This document shows positions 29,985-40,688 of a stretch of 64,000 bases of DNA, in pieces (the stretch's first letter is position 1; each line of letters starts with the position of its first letter). Location: contig CBDBCZ010000019.1 in the NCBI GenBank assembly GCA_965203295.1, positions 960,001 through 1,024,000 of the forward strand, given 5' to 3'. The stretch comes from Nitrospirales bacterium. GTDB lineage: Bacteria; Nitrospirota; Nitrospiria; Nitrospirales; UBA8639. Under the pieces are notes generated by a model. That model ran no database searches, was not told where the DNA came from, and worked only from the letters and a program-made list of their open reading frames with translations. The position numbers were made by a program, and so were the translations under genes.

Positions 29985-30790
29985 GCGGATCCTTCTTGAA
30001 ATCATCAAGGGATGAAAAAGAATTTCGACGCCGTCGAGGTGTTCATCTTATTCCGAATTTGTTAACAACGGGGAACCTATTTAGTGGGTTAGCCTCCGTG
30101 GTGTTCGTCTTTCATGAGCGTTTTGAAGCGGCAGCCATCGCCATATTGGTCGCGATGGTCTTTGACGTATTGGATGGAACATCGGCCCGTCTGATGAATA
30201 GCACGAGTGAATTCGGCGTTGAGTATGATTCTCTGGCCGATCTCATATCCTTTGGTCTGGCTCCTGGTCTGCTGATTTATGCGTGGGCCTTGAAAACGCC
30301 GGGGATGTTGGGAGCTGCGGTCATGTTTGCGTATGTCGCATGTGGAGCTTTGAGGTTGGCCCGCTTTAATGTTATGGGCAGTAGTGGGGATAGTAAATAT
30401 TTTACTGGTCTCCCCATTCCAGCAGCAGCAGGCTTAATTGCGACTCTCTTAATCTTCGATAACCGATTATTGGGAATGGAGGTCATGCTCAGACCAATTG
30501 TTGCCTTGATCGTGACCTTCTTCCTTTCGTTTTTGATGGTGAGCACGGTTAAGTATCGCAGCCTGAAACAGTTGAAATTTCAGGGGCATCATCACTTTAT
30601 GTATTTGGTTTGGGCTGTTTTGCTTCTGGTCTTGGTGATTGCTTATCCTCAACTGATGCTTTTTGTGGTGTCTGCAGGGTATGCTCTATCCGGGTTGGTC
30701 GAAAAGGCATTTTCTTCCAGTATGAAAGTCTTCGGACGACGCGGACAGACTCACGGGGCGTCTCAACCCACTTTTGAGTCTAAAGAATAG
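29981..30790 (+). CDS. pssA: CDP-diacylglycerol--serine O-phosphatidyltransferase
   Basis: PNLLT; DG..AR......FG..YDSLAD; LRLARFN. Confidence 0.93.
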   Translation: MSGSFLKSSRDEKEFRRRRGVHLIPNLLTTGNLFSGLASVVFVFHERFEAAAIAILVAMVFDVLDGTSARLMNSTSEFGVEYDSLADLISFGLAPGLLIYAWALKTPGMLGAAVMFAYVACGALRLARFNVMGSSGDSKYFTGLPIPAAAGLIATLLIFDNRLLGMEVMLRPIVALIVTFFLSFLMVSTVKYRSLKQLKFQGHHHFMYLVWAVLLLVLVIAYPQLMLFVVSAGYALSGLVEKAFSSSMKVFGRRGQTHGASQPTFESKE

Positions 30791-30794
30791 TCTT

Positions 30795-30890
30795 ATGATA
30801 TTTAAGAAAGCACAATCTCTTCTATCCCTACCGGTCAACTTATGCGATAGCGCATGTCAATTACGTGTGAACATGTCCACGAACCGGTAA
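30795..30890 (+). CDS. Putative leucine leader peptide (31 aa)
   Basis: MIFKKAQSLLSLPVNLCDSACQLRVNMSTNR with clustered CTT CTA TCC CTA codons, upstream of a terminator and leuA; no clear RBS. Confidence 0.4.
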   Translation: MIFKKAQSLLSLPVNLCDSACQLRVNMSTNR

Positions 30891-30910
30891 AGGAAACCTC
30901 GAGATGGGTG

Positions 30911-30949
30911 AACAGCCTTCATCCCTGTCGGGGTGAAGGCTGTTTTTTT
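30911..30949 (+). terminator. Intrinsic terminator/attenuator immediately before the leuA RBS
   Basis: AACAGCCTTCATCCC-tgtc-GGGGTGAAGGCTGTT-TTTTT, then AGGAGGG. Confidence 0.8.
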
Positions 30950-30963
30950 AGGAGGGTACAACG

Positions 30964-32511
30964 ATGACGAGAATGATCCGTATTTTCGATACAACGTTGC
31001 GAGATGGTGAGCAATCTCCAGGCGCAAATATGAATATTGAAGAGAAAGTATTGGTTGCAAAACAATTGGCTCGGTTGGGGGTCGACATCATCGAAGCCGG
31101 GTTTGCCTTTAGTTCACCTGGAGATTTTGAGGCCGTCAGGAGGATTGCTCATGATGTCGAGGGTCCAACCGTATGCAGTCTGGCGCGAGCCAAGGTGGAG
31201 GATATTGATCGCGCATGGGAAGCCTTGAAAGGGGTTCCTAAAGTCCGAATACATACCTTTTTGTCCACCTCCGATATTCATTTGAAGCACCAGTTCAGAA
31301 TGAGTCGGGAAGAGGCCATGAAGCGGGCTGTTGCCATGGTTGAGCATGCTCGTCAATATGTGGAGGATGTCGAGTTTTCCCCAATGGATGCCACGAGGTC
31401 AGATATCTCTTATCTTTGTGAAGTGGTGGAAGCGGTGATTGATGCTGGGGCGGGAACGGTCAATATTCCAGATACTGTGGGATATACCACTCCTCAGGAA
31501 TTTGGACAGATTATTCGGACGTTGCGGGAGAAAGTCCCTAATTGCGACCGGGCCGTGATTTCTGTGCATTGCCACAATGATTTGGGCTTGGCCGTGGCGA
31601 ACTCTATGTCGGCAGTCTATTCAGGGGCGGGACAAGTCGAGTGCACCGTGAATGGAATTGGTGAGCGCGCAGGAAACGCTTCCTTGGAAGAAATTGCCAT
31701 GGGATTGAGAACTCGAAAAGATTTTTATCAGGCCGACACGGGCATCACCACGGAAGAAATTTCGAAGACCAGTCGGTTGGTGAGTAGAATAACCGGGATG
31801 GTGGTGCAGCCTAACAAAGCGATTGTGGGGGCCAATGCCTTTGCTCATACCTCCGGGATTCATCAGGATGGTCTGCTCAAAGAAAAAAACACCTATGAAA
31901 TCATGTGCCCTGAATCTATAGGGCTCAGTCATAGCCGAAACGTCATGGGCAAACTATCAGGGCGCCATGCCTTTCGGGAGGAACTCACCAATTTGGGCTA
32001 TTCGTTGACGGATGAGGAAGTCAAAGCCGCGTTTGATCGATTCAAAAGATTGGCTGACCAAAAAAAGGAAATGTTCCCAGAGGATTTGGAGTCGATCGTA
32101 TCGGAAACCGCCACACGGGTTCCTGAGCGTTTTACGTTAAAGGGATTGCAGGTCGCTAGCGGTCTGGGTCGAAAACCCACGGCTGATTTGGAACTTGAGG
32201 TCGATGGGCAAATCGTGAAGCGGACGGGGAATGGTGATGGGCCTGTGGATGCAGTGTATCGGAACATTTCTGAGGTCGTTCCTATCAAATGTCGCTTGCT
32301 CTCATATGTGGTCAAAGCCATTACAGGTGGGACGGATGCTCAGGGTGAAGTCTCGGTTCGTCTGGAGCAAGAAGGTGAAACCGTGACTGGAAATGGGGCG
32401 GATACCGATATCATTGTCGCGTCGGCTCAGGCCTACCTCAATGCACTCAACAAGCTGGCGTCGCAGCTCGAAAAACGTGCAGCGTCGGGAAAGAAAATAG
32501 AGTTGTGCTAG
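30964..32511 (+). CDS. leuA: 2-isopropylmalate synthase
   Basis: DTTLRDGEQSPG, HCHNDLG, GERAGN, SGIHQDG, GDGPVDA regulatory domain. Confidence 0.96.
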   Translation: MTRMIRIFDTTLRDGEQSPGANMNIEEKVLVAKQLARLGVDIIEAGFAFSSPGDFEAVRRIAHDVEGPTVCSLARAKVEDIDRAWEALKGVPKVRIHTFLSTSDIHLKHQFRMSREEAMKRAVAMVEHARQYVEDVEFSPMDATRSDISYLCEVVEAVIDAGAGTVNIPDTVGYTTPQEFGQIIRTLREKVPNCDRAVISVHCHNDLGLAVANSMSAVYSGAGQVECTVNGIGERAGNASLEEIAMGLRTRKDFYQADTGITTEEISKTSRLVSRITGMVVQPNKAIVGANAFAHTSGIHQDGLLKEKNTYEIMCPESIGLSHSRNVMGKLSGRHAFREELTNLGYSLTDEEVKAAFDRFKRLADQKKEMFPEDLESIVSETATRVPERFTLKGLQVASGLGRKPTADLELEVDGQIVKRTGNGDGPVDAVYRNISEVVPIKCRLLSYVVKAITGGTDAQGEVSVRLEQEGETVTGNGADTDIIVASAQAYLNALNKLASQLEKRAASGKKIELC

Positions 32512-32678
32512 GAAATGAAGCTCGTGCTGCTGTGGGAAGACAAGAATTCCCTAGGCATGAACGAGAGAAGGCTTTCCTTTGTCTTTCTTTGACGGCTTCC
32601 CATTTCAGCGTGAAGCGTTGAAGAGGAGGCAAGAGTTCACAAAAGCTTTAAGAGGAATCGAAAGGTGTTTGAAAGAAC

Positions 32679-33761
32679 ATGAAAAAGCTAATAGCCATTT
32701 TAGCCGGAGATGGAATTGGTCCGGAAATCGTGCCGCAAGCCGTATCTGTTCTACAAGCGGTGGGTCAGCGGTTTAACCATGAATTCGAATGTGTGTATGC
32801 AGAGGTTGGAGGACAAGCAACTGATTCAACCGGATTCCCGCTTCCTGAGGAAACCCTCAAGATTGCGAAGGGAAGTGACGCCGTGCTCCTTGGTGCCGTA
32901 GGAGGATCCAAATGGGAAGGGCTCGAATATGAGCGACGTCCAGAACGGGCCTTACTTGGGCTCCGCAAGGAATTAGGGTTATTTGCTAACTTACGGCCAG
33001 CGAAATTGTATGCTGACTTAGCTGATGCTTCCACATTGAAGCGAGAAGTGATTGAAGGTATCGATGTGTTGGTGGTCAGAGAGCTGACTGGCGGGATTTA
33101 TTTTGGAAAGCCCAAAGGCATTGAACCGATTCCCAATGGGCATAAAGGCATCAATACCGAAGTCTACACCACAGAGGAAATCACCCGGATCGCACACGTG
33201 GCCTTTAAGGCTGCGCAGAAACGTCGGAAGATTGTGACCTCAGTGGATAAGGCGAATGTTTTGGAATCTTCAGAGTTATGGCGACGAGTCGTTACTGAGG
33301 TTCATCATGAATATCCGGATGTCGATTTGCGGCATATGTATGTCGATAATTGTGCCATGCAACTGATTCGGAACCCACGCCAGTTTGATGTGTTGGTGAC
33401 GACGAATTTATTTGGCGATATTTTGAGTGATGAAGCGGCTATGCTCACTGGTTCTATAGGGATGCTGCCTTCAGCCAGCGTTGGGGCCTCGGTGGGGATG
33501 TTTGAACCCATTCACGGCAGTGCGCCGGATATAGCTGGAAAAGATCTTGCTAACCCCATTGGCATGATCGCTTCAGCAGGAATGATGCTCAAGTTTTCGT
33601 TCGATTTAGGCAAAGAAGCCGATCTCATTGAGCATGCGATCCAAACAGTTCTGGCCCAAGGATACCGGACAAAAGATATTGAAGGCCCTGGGACAACCTT
33701 AGTCGGCACCAAGGAAATGGGTCATCGTATCCTTGAGACCATTCAAAAGAGGGTAAAATGA
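32679..33761 (+). CDS. leuB: 3-isopropylmalate dehydrogenase
   Basis: [44 protein letters not shown]. Confidence 0.96.
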   Translation: MKKLIAILAGDGIGPEIVPQAVSVLQAVGQRFNHEFECVYAEVGGQATDSTGFPLPEETLKIAKGSDAVLLGAVGGSKWEGLEYERRPERALLGLRKELGLFANLRPAKLYADLADASTLKREVIEGIDVLVVRELTGGIYFGKPKGIEPIPNGHKGINTEVYTTEEITRIAHVAFKAAQKRRKIVTSVDKANVLESSELWRRVVTEVHHEYPDVDLRHMYVDNCAMQLIRNPRQFDVLVTTNLFGDILSDEAAMLTGSIGMLPSASVGASVGMFEPIHGSAPDIAGKDLANPIGMIASAGMMLKFSFDLGKEADLIEHAIQTVLAQGYRTKDIEGPGTTLVGTKEMGHRILETIQKRVK

Positions 33762-34972
33762 TCAACGGGGTCCTTCCAGGAACAATCGGAACTGTTGCCG
33801 GCACGAGCGAATTCGGCTTTTCCGGCGATGGCGCAGATGCTCGTCAAGCCTGTTTGAACGAACCCAAAGATGTGGCGGTGGATACCCAGGGCAATGTATA
33901 CATCGCCGATTCCGAAAACCATGTGATTCGGAAGGTTGATGGCCAAACTGGTCGTATCACCACGGTGGCGGGATCCGTTCAGGTTGAGAATGCGAAACCA
34001 ATGTCTTCCCAGCGAATCGGTGAGTCTCAAGACAGGAACGTACCATCGGATGACCCATTGGCTGAAGCGGAAGATGCCCAGATACCATCCTTTGCCCATG
34101 TGCCCGATATGAGTGGAATGGTCCGTTATGTGGTAGGGCAAGCCTCTGGGGCAGGACGATTTGGTGGAGATGGAGGGGCAGCGACTCAAGCCCTTTTGAA
34201 TTTCCCTTCGTCCATCACCATTGGTTTAACGGGTGCGCTCTATATCGCCGATACCTTCAACCATCGGATACGTCGTGTAGATTCCAAAACTGGAGTTATC
34301 TCCACGATTGCCGGGACCGGGCAGGGAAAGTTTTCTGGGGACGGAGGGCCAGCCTCATCAGCATGTCTCAAAGAACCCGTTGCGCTCGTTGAGGACCGTG
34401 AAGGGAATCTCTATATTGCTGACCAAAGCAATAATCGAGTGCGAAAAATAGATGCGGGTTCAGGCATCATTTCCACCGTAGCGGGAAATGGGGATCCAAG
34501 GTATACAGGCGATGGCATGGCAGCAATTGAATCAGGAGTCTCAGGACCGAGCGGGCTCGCCCTTGATGCGGAGGATAACCTGTATGTTGCGGACACGTTT
34601 AGCGGGCGCATTCGGAGGATCGACAAACACACAGGAATCATAGAGACCGTGGTGGGTGATGGGGGAGAATTTCGGTATCAGCCAGGGGAAAACGAATCTT
34701 CCAAGAGCCTGTCTCGGCCATACGGGATTGCCTTTGATCACGACGACCGACTGTTCATTACAGACTCCGACAATCATTTGATACGAAAGTGGAATCGAAA
34801 GACCGATGCGATCAGTATTGTGGCGGGAAATGGCACCGCGCAGTTCGAAGGGGATGGCCAGGCCCCTGAAAAGAGTGCGTTGAACTTCCCTTTTGGGGTG
34901 GCGGTTGATCAAAAGGGACAGGTTTTCATCGCCGATACCTTCAATCATCGCATACGCATGGTAGCGGTATAG
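33758..34972 (+). CDS. NHL-repeat beta-propeller protein
   Basis: About six repeats of L..P..VAVD..G.LYIAD..NHRIR with GDGG.A linkers. Confidence 0.9.
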   Translation: MINGVLPGTIGTVAGTSEFGFSGDGADARQACLNEPKDVAVDTQGNVYIADSENHVIRKVDGQTGRITTVAGSVQVENAKPMSSQRIGESQDRNVPSDDPLAEAEDAQIPSFAHVPDMSGMVRYVVGQASGAGRFGGDGGAATQALLNFPSSITIGLTGALYIADTFNHRIRRVDSKTGVISTIAGTGQGKFSGDGGPASSACLKEPVALVEDREGNLYIADQSNNRVRKIDAGSGIISTVAGNGDPRYTGDGMAAIESGVSGPSGLALDAEDNLYVADTFSGRIRRIDKHTGIIETVVGDGGEFRYQPGENESSKSLSRPYGIAFDHDDRLFITDSDNHLIRKWNRKTDAISIVAGNGTAQFEGDGQAPEKSALNFPFGVAVDQKGQVFIADTFNHRIRMVAV

Positions 34973-35062
34973 CCCTCTGTAGGCCGATCGTTTTGACGAG
35001 CCCCCCTTTCATTCCTCACATCATCTGAGACACAATACAGAAATAATCAAGGATCACGACAC

Positions 35063-36073
35063 ATGGATAAAAAGAGCGCATATGCGGTGGCGTTGGTGGG
35101 AGCCACTGGACTTGTTGGAAACGAAATGCTCAAGGTGTTGGACGAGCGCAAATTTCCCGTTGAGCGAGTACTTCCATTGGCTTCATCCCGATCTGCGGGA
35201 GGAGATGTCTCCTTTGGTGGGGAAGATCTTCGGGTCAAGTTGCTGACAAAAGAATCCTTTGACGGAATCGACATTGCCTTTTTTTCTGCCGGAAGCGACG
35301 TGAGTAGAGAATATGCTCCCGTTGCCGCGAAGGCAGGAGCCGTGGTAATTGACAACAGTTCAGCCTGGCGTATGGCCAACGAAGTTCCCTTAGTCGTGCC
35401 AGAGTTCAATTCTGCGGATATCGGCAATCACCAGGGAATCATCGCCAATCCGAATTGTTCCACCATTCAAATGGTCGTCGCACTTCAACCATTACATGTC
35501 CAAGCCCGGATCACCCGCATTGTGGTGTCCACGTATCAGTCTGTGTCCGGGACTGGGAAAGAAGCCATGGATGAACTCAGCAACCAGACTCGGCAGTTAT
35601 TTAGCTTTGCTGAAGTCAAGTCTGAAGTCTATCCATATCAAATCGCCTTTAATTGTCTTCCTCATATCGATGAGTTTCTCCCTTCGGGATATACCAAAGA
35701 AGAAATGAAGATGGTCAATGAAACGCGGAAAATTATGGGAGATGATTCCATTCGAGTCACGGCCACAACGGTGAGGGTCCCGGTGTTCGTAGGACATTCT
35801 GAGTCGGTGAACATTGAAACCGAGAAGAAGCTGACAGCTAATGAAGCGCGAGCTATTCTCTCGACAGCACCGGGTGTTCAGGTGTATGACGACCCATCTC
35901 GGGGCTTGTATCCTTTAGCGATTGACGCGACTGGAAATGATGCTGTCTATGTCGGGCGTATTCGCGAAGATGAGTCTGTATCGAACGGGCTCAATCTGTG
36001 GGTCGTCGCTGACAATCTGAGAAAAGGCGCAGCCTTGAATGCCGTTCAAATTGCAGAACATTTAGTGGCGTAG
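35063..36073 (+). CDS. asd: Aspartate-semialdehyde dehydrogenase
   Basis: GATGLVG, DNSSAWR, NPNCSTIQ, YQSVSGTG, DNLRKGAALNAVQI. Confidence 0.96.
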   Translation: MDKKSAYAVALVGATGLVGNEMLKVLDERKFPVERVLPLASSRSAGGDVSFGGEDLRVKLLTKESFDGIDIAFFSAGSDVSREYAPVAAKAGAVVIDNSSAWRMANEVPLVVPEFNSADIGNHQGIIANPNCSTIQMVVALQPLHVQARITRIVVSTYQSVSGTGKEAMDELSNQTRQLFSFAEVKSEVYPYQIAFNCLPHIDEFLPSGYTKEEMKMVNETRKIMGDDSIRVTATTVRVPVFVGHSESVNIETEKKLTANEARAILSTAPGVQVYDDPSRGLYPLAIDATGNDAVYVGRIREDESVSNGLNLWVVADNLRKGAALNAVQIAEHLVA

Positions 36074-36076
36074 ATC

Positions 36077-36364
36077 ATGCCGGATTTCAGTGGTTTAGGA
36101 AAAATGATCGTGCTTATGGGGTTGGGCCTGGTTCTACTCGGTGGGCTGCTGACGATATTGGGCAAGTGGCCGAATTCGGAATCTAGCCTCGGATGGTTTG
36201 GCCGACTCCCAGGTGATATCTTTATCAAACGAGACACCTTCACCTTTTACTTTCCTATTTCTACCAGTATTATCATTAGTGTCGTGGGGAGCGTGCTGTT
36301 GTATCTTAATCTTCAGACGGTAACCCAACAATTGTTCCATACTGTCTTCCATAAAAGAATGTGA
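36077..36364 (+). CDS. DUF2905-family small membrane protein, possible 3' frameshift
   Basis: GRLPGDI...FYFPI. Removing one A near 36308 gives the family-like ending LLYLIFRR* (stop 36321-36323). Confidence 0.8.
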   Translation: MPDFSGLGKMIVLMGLGLVLLGGLLTILGKWPNSESSLGWFGRLPGDIFIKRDTFTFYFPISTSIIISVVGSVLLYLNLQTVTQQLFHTVFHKRM

Positions 36365-36460
36365 CAGAGTACGACCTCTGTTTCAGAGGGCTTTTCCCCG
36401 TTTGAACGAGAAGGGTGTGGAGGGGGACAGGGATTGTATTTGGTTGAGGTGGCTTAAACT

Positions 36461-37696
36461 GTGGGAATGGGTCCAGAAAACCAGAAAGTGAATGCTTGCT
36501 CTAGAGGTAATTTGGTCCGTCGCCCTCAGGTGTGGAGTGGCATTCTTGCCTTTTGCATGGGGACCGTCTTCCCTTCAGTCGGGGCTTCGGAAACGATTCG
36601 GGTGGCTCTGTCACAAAAAGCAGCCCAGGTCCACGTTCAATCCGGAAAATCAGCCAGGCTTCGGGTTTCATCTGGAAGACGGGTTCCTGGAAAGCTGCCT
36701 GTCACGGTGAAACCCACTGTTCGCGGGTTGTTGATTAATGGCCATCAAAAAATAACGAAAGAGTCTTTCATCATCCAAAGTGGGAAAGGAACGATCACGC
36801 TCTCAATCAACGAGCGAGCAGGGGAATCATCCTCACATGGTAGGAAATGGGTTGTCAGTGGTTCAGTGACGATCAAAGCCAGTGGAGCATCCCTGTTAGT
36901 GGTGAATCAAATAGACTTAGATGATTACGTGGCCGGTGTGGTTGTTTCCGAAATAAACACAGGCTGGCATCTTGAAGTGTTGAAAGCCCAAGCCGTCGCT
37001 GCACGAACATATGTGCTGCGTAAAAAAATGCTGAATCAGGACCAGCCTTACGATGTTGTGGCTAGTGTCCAAGACCAGGTCTATACCGGTCGGACTCAAG
37101 TGAATGGCTCAGTGAGGAAGGCCGTGCATGAAACTCAAAACATCGTGGTGACCTACGATGATCGCCCAATTTTTGCCGCCTACTCGTCGACTGCTGCGGG
37201 TCCGACGGAAGACGCCAAAAACGTGTGGTCTAAGGACTTACCGTATTTAAAGGGAGTGGATTGCCCGTTTGATAGGGAATCCCCTCGTTTTCAGTGGCGA
37301 GCCGCGATTGAACTCACCACGATTGAACGTCAGCTTCGCAAGTCAGGGTATCCGATCGGCGTACTCGCCACGCTCACTCCTTTTACCTATACACAAGCGG
37401 GCCGCATCGATCAAATTCGCATCCTTCATTCCAAAGGCGAGATCATTTTACGCGGACAGGATTTTCGCCGTGTGATTGGGTATGCAGCTGTTCCGAGTAC
37501 CCATTTTACTATTGAAAAGTTCGGAGAAGAGCTGGTGCTAGCAGGAAGAGGGTCTGGTCATGCAGTGGGACTCTGTCAGTGGGGGGCCAAGGAGATGGCC
37601 GAGCTTGGGTATCGGCATCAATCCATTCTGCAATATTACTATCCAGGAACTCAACTCACACATCGGCGAAAAGTGTTGATGACGTCTCCCTCCTAA
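36461..37696 (+). CDS. SpoIID/LytB-domain lytic transglycosylase
   Basis: YVAGVVVSE, LKAQAVAARTY, DQVY, GSGHAVGLCQWGA, ILQYYYPG; start uncertain. Confidence 0.9.
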   Translation: MGMGPENQKVNACSRGNLVRRPQVWSGILAFCMGTVFPSVGASETIRVALSQKAAQVHVQSGKSARLRVSSGRRVPGKLPVTVKPTVRGLLINGHQKITKESFIIQSGKGTITLSINERAGESSSHGRKWVVSGSVTIKASGASLLVVNQIDLDDYVAGVVVSEINTGWHLEVLKAQAVAARTYVLRKKMLNQDQPYDVVASVQDQVYTGRTQVNGSVRKAVHETQNIVVTYDDRPIFAAYSSTAAGPTEDAKNVWSKDLPYLKGVDCPFDRESPRFQWRAAIELTTIERQLRKSGYPIGVLATLTPFTYTQAGRIDQIRILHSKGEIILRGQDFRRVIGYAAVPSTHFTIEKFGEELVLAGRGSGHAVGLCQWGAKEMAELGYRHQSILQYYYPGTQLTHRRKVLMTSPS

Positions 37697-37732
37697 TTTA
37701 CCTTAGCCTCTTCTATCGTTGATCTCACCTTC

Positions 37733-38752
37733 ATGCAACTGTCTGAATTTGATTTTCCTTTCGATCCCTCTCTCATCGCTGATCATCCCGTTTACCCTCG
37801 AGACCATGCTCGCTTCTTAGTCGTGCCACGCAATGAAGGCCGGATTTCCCACCACGAGGTCAGAGATTTGCCGGATTTGCTTCGGCCGGGCGATGTGCTT
37901 GTGATGAATGACACAAAAGTGATACCCGCGCGACTTAGAGGATAAAAAGTCCCCAGCGGTGGAAAGGTCGAACTTTTGTTCGTGAGACCGCAAAAAGACG
38001 AATGCTGGGAGGTCTTGTTGAAAGGGCATGTGCGTGAAGGGCAGGTCATTCAGTTGGACCAGGGGAGCGAAGCCAAAGTCGTAGGACGTTGTGGAGAGGG
38101 AACCTTGGCTCAGATGAACACTCAGAAATCATTCGCAACATTTCTTGATGAAGTGGGGGAGATGCCGCTGCCGCCCTATATTAAACGACGGCCTACACTT
38201 AAGGACAAAGAGAATTACCAAACCATCTTTGCACGGGTGGATGGGGCCGTAGCTGCTCCAACGGCAGGATTACACTTCACGACGCGTTTGTTCGAAGAGT
38301 TAGAGAAGAAAGGTGTCCAAAGAACGGCCATCACGCTTCATGTCGGACCGGGAACATTTCGTCCCGTGACAGTCAATCAGATTCAACAGCACCGGATGGA
38401 TGCAGAGCAGTATGAAGTGTCGGAAAGCGCCTCGAGGCTCATCAATGAAGCCAAAGCGGATGGGCGGCATGTCGTGGCTGTCGGGACGACTGTCGTGCGA
38501 AGTCTAGAATCCGCTGCGGATAGCAATGGTGTGGTCTCCCCACAACTTGGAGAGACTCGATTATTTGTCACTCCAGGCTTTTCATTCACCGTGATCGATG
38601 CGCTGGTGACGAACTTTCATCTCCCTCGTACGACGCTGTTGATGCTCGTTTCAGCTTTTGCTGGCCTCAACCAAACACGTCAGGCCTATCAGGAAGCGAT
38701 GCAAGAGCGGTATCGCTTGTACAGTTATGGTGACGCGATGTTCATTCACTAG
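37733..38752 (+). pseudogene. queA: SAM:tRNA ribosyltransferase-isomerase with in-frame TAA
   Basis: NDTKVIPARLRG*KVPSGGKVELL (TAA 37943-37945); PLPPYI, AAPTAGLHF, LHVGPGTF, TNFHLP, SYGDAM. Confidence 0.9.
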
Positions 38753-38755
38753 AAC

Positions 38756-39466
38756 TTAAAGGAACTCTTCACGAATTTCTACCTGAGCTTCTTGGCGCAT
38801 GGCTGCCTGGAAGGCACGGAGAGCGCGCTGCTTTTTTTGGAAAAGGAGCTGAAGGCGAATTCGCTCACGAATTTTCTCCACCTCTTCTGGGGCATCCTTC
38901 CTTGCAGATTGACGAGTCGTTAAATCCTCGACTTCCTTCATTTCTTCAGGGGTCAGCGCTGCCACATCTTGGACGATCAATTGGGCCTTTTCTGCCTTGA
39001 GGTCCATGGTTTGCTGGGATTCGTACTCTTTCGGAGATATATGAATCGACGCTAAGAGGCGTTGATACAGTTGAGGGTTAAACTGGCCATCTGTTTGAAA
39101 TTCTTTTCGGTCCGTGATGGTCTGTGCCAGTTCTTGGTCTGATACGTCCAGTTCCAGTCTGTCTGCTGTCAGAATCCAAGCTTTCGAATCGACTAGGCCG
39201 CCGATGACCATCTGTTTTAAGGTCTCCTCATCCACATCTTCTTGCTTCAACTGCTCTCGGTAAACGCGGTACATGTTATTGTAGGCCCGACGAAATTCTT
39301 CCCGTGAAACCTTATAGGGACCGATGAGGGCTACGGCATTAGGCTGTCGGGACTGCTCAAACCCAAACCACCCCATCCCCACCACAAAGGTGACGGCAAT
39401 GAGGAGTATGATGACTTTAAGGATCCAGGGGTATCTTTTCGCACCTTCACGAATGAGTTTAATCAT
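38756..39466 (-). CDS. SurA/PpiD N-terminal-domain chaperone
   Basis: N-terminal TM; VSDQEL...FQTDGQFN..Y pattern. Confidence 0.8.
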   Translation of the reverse strand: MIKLIREGAKRYPWILKVIILLIAVTFVVGMGWFGFEQSRQPNAVALIGPYKVSREEFRRAYNNMYRVYREQLKQEDVDEETLKQMVIGGLVDSKAWILTADRLELDVSDQELAQTITDRKEFQTDGQFNPQLYQRLLASIHISPKEYESQQTMDLKAEKAQLIVQDVAALTPEEMKEVEDLTTRQSARKDAPEEVEKIRERIRLQLLFQKKQRALRAFQAAMRQEAQVEIREEFL

Positions 39467-39642
39467 AGACTCTATGCTCCTACACGTAGATGAAAAAACC
39501 AGATAGTGAAAATTGTACCTTGCCCCTTGATTGAAGACAAGACGGTAATCTTTTTGGTGATTGAATCAAACCCGTGAAGGATATGGGAGAAAGAATGTTC
39601 CACGCAATGTCCCAATAAAGAGCCAAGAGGGTGTTTCTCCCC

Positions 39643-39996
39643 TTATTTCAATAGAGCTAGGACTGTTTCTGGAGGACGTCCAAGAATGACGGTCTCTCCC
39701 ATTTCCACCAATGGGCGTTGCAGCAGGTCTGGATATTGAATGATCAGGTCAAGTAGTTCTTCTTCGCTTTTTGCGACTTTCGCGAGTCCCAAAGATTTAT
39801 AGAGATCTTCTTTAGAACGAAAAACGTCTTTGGCTTTGAGCCCTCCCTTTTGCAATAAAGTTTTCAACTTAGATTTGGTTAGGGGTGTCTCGTAATAATT
39901 CACCGCGGTATAAGGCACCCCACTGTCCTCCACAAGTTTCAAGACCCGTCGGCAGGTCGTACAGGTCGGTTTTTGATAGATGGTTATCTTCGCCAT
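39643..39996 (-). CDS. ArsC/Spx-family thiol oxidoreductase
   Basis: YQKPTCTTCRR, LLQRP, LGRPPE. Confidence 0.85.
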   Translation of the reverse strand: MAKITIYQKPTCTTCRRVLKLVEDSGVPYTAVNYYETPLTKSKLKTLLQKGGLKAKDVFRSKEDLYKSLGLAKVAKSEEELLDLIIQYPDLLQRPLVEMGETVILGRPPETVLALLK

Positions 39997-40129
39997 AGGT
40001 TCGTCCTTTCGCTCGGATTGTATTGGGTTTTTCAGATCCTTGACGCCGTTTCTGGGAGCGTGCTACAAGCTCACATGGGAAAAGAAATGTTACCAAAATA
40101 ATGGTAAGGACGACTAGCAGGGTTTGATC

Positions 40130-40495
40130 ATGGCAAGTCAGGAGACCAATGAGGAAGTTCCGTTTTTCTGTGCGACGGAAAGTCAACGGACATTACGAGA
40201 CTTACGGGTTCGACGACTGGGACAGCCTGTCTATGTTATTGGACATTTTGACGAACGCAAAGGACAGGAGGCTCTGTTTCAAAACTTCAATATCCGACTG
40301 GCTGTGGTGAAATTTCCTGATGGGAAGATTCTGGGGTATGACCCTGTTGATCTGTTATTGCCATGCGAAATTCATGATGGTGAACCGTATTTTGAAATTC
40401 GAGAATGCAAGACCTGCGATCAATCTTTTCCTCTTACCTCGGACGAATTTTGGGCAGACCAGGAACGGACTGAATGTCTTGAATGTAGCCCTTAA
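40130..40495 (+). CDS. Hypothetical protein with C-terminal zinc ribbon
   Basis: CKTC...CLEC; fills the gap between the divergent arsC-like gene and fumC. Confidence 0.7.
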   Translation: MASQETNEEVPFFCATESQRTLRDLRVRRLGQPVYVIGHFDERKGQEALFQNFNIRLAVVKFPDGKILGYDPVDLLLPCEIHDGEPYFEIRECKTCDQSFPLTSDEFWADQERTECLECSP

Positions 40496-40688
40496 TCGAC
40501 TATTTCTCTGAAAAGTCCACCAGTATACATCCCGTTGCTCAGCTTATGAGCCCTCTGTAAAAAACTCGCTGCGATATATGACCTCTTCCGGGGTATGGAC
40601 TAATCCAAAACCAAGGTATGGATCCGGCCCGCCGGATTTGTGAGGAGGGCTTTCTGCCAATTGTTCTGACACATCCAACGAGTTAGCC

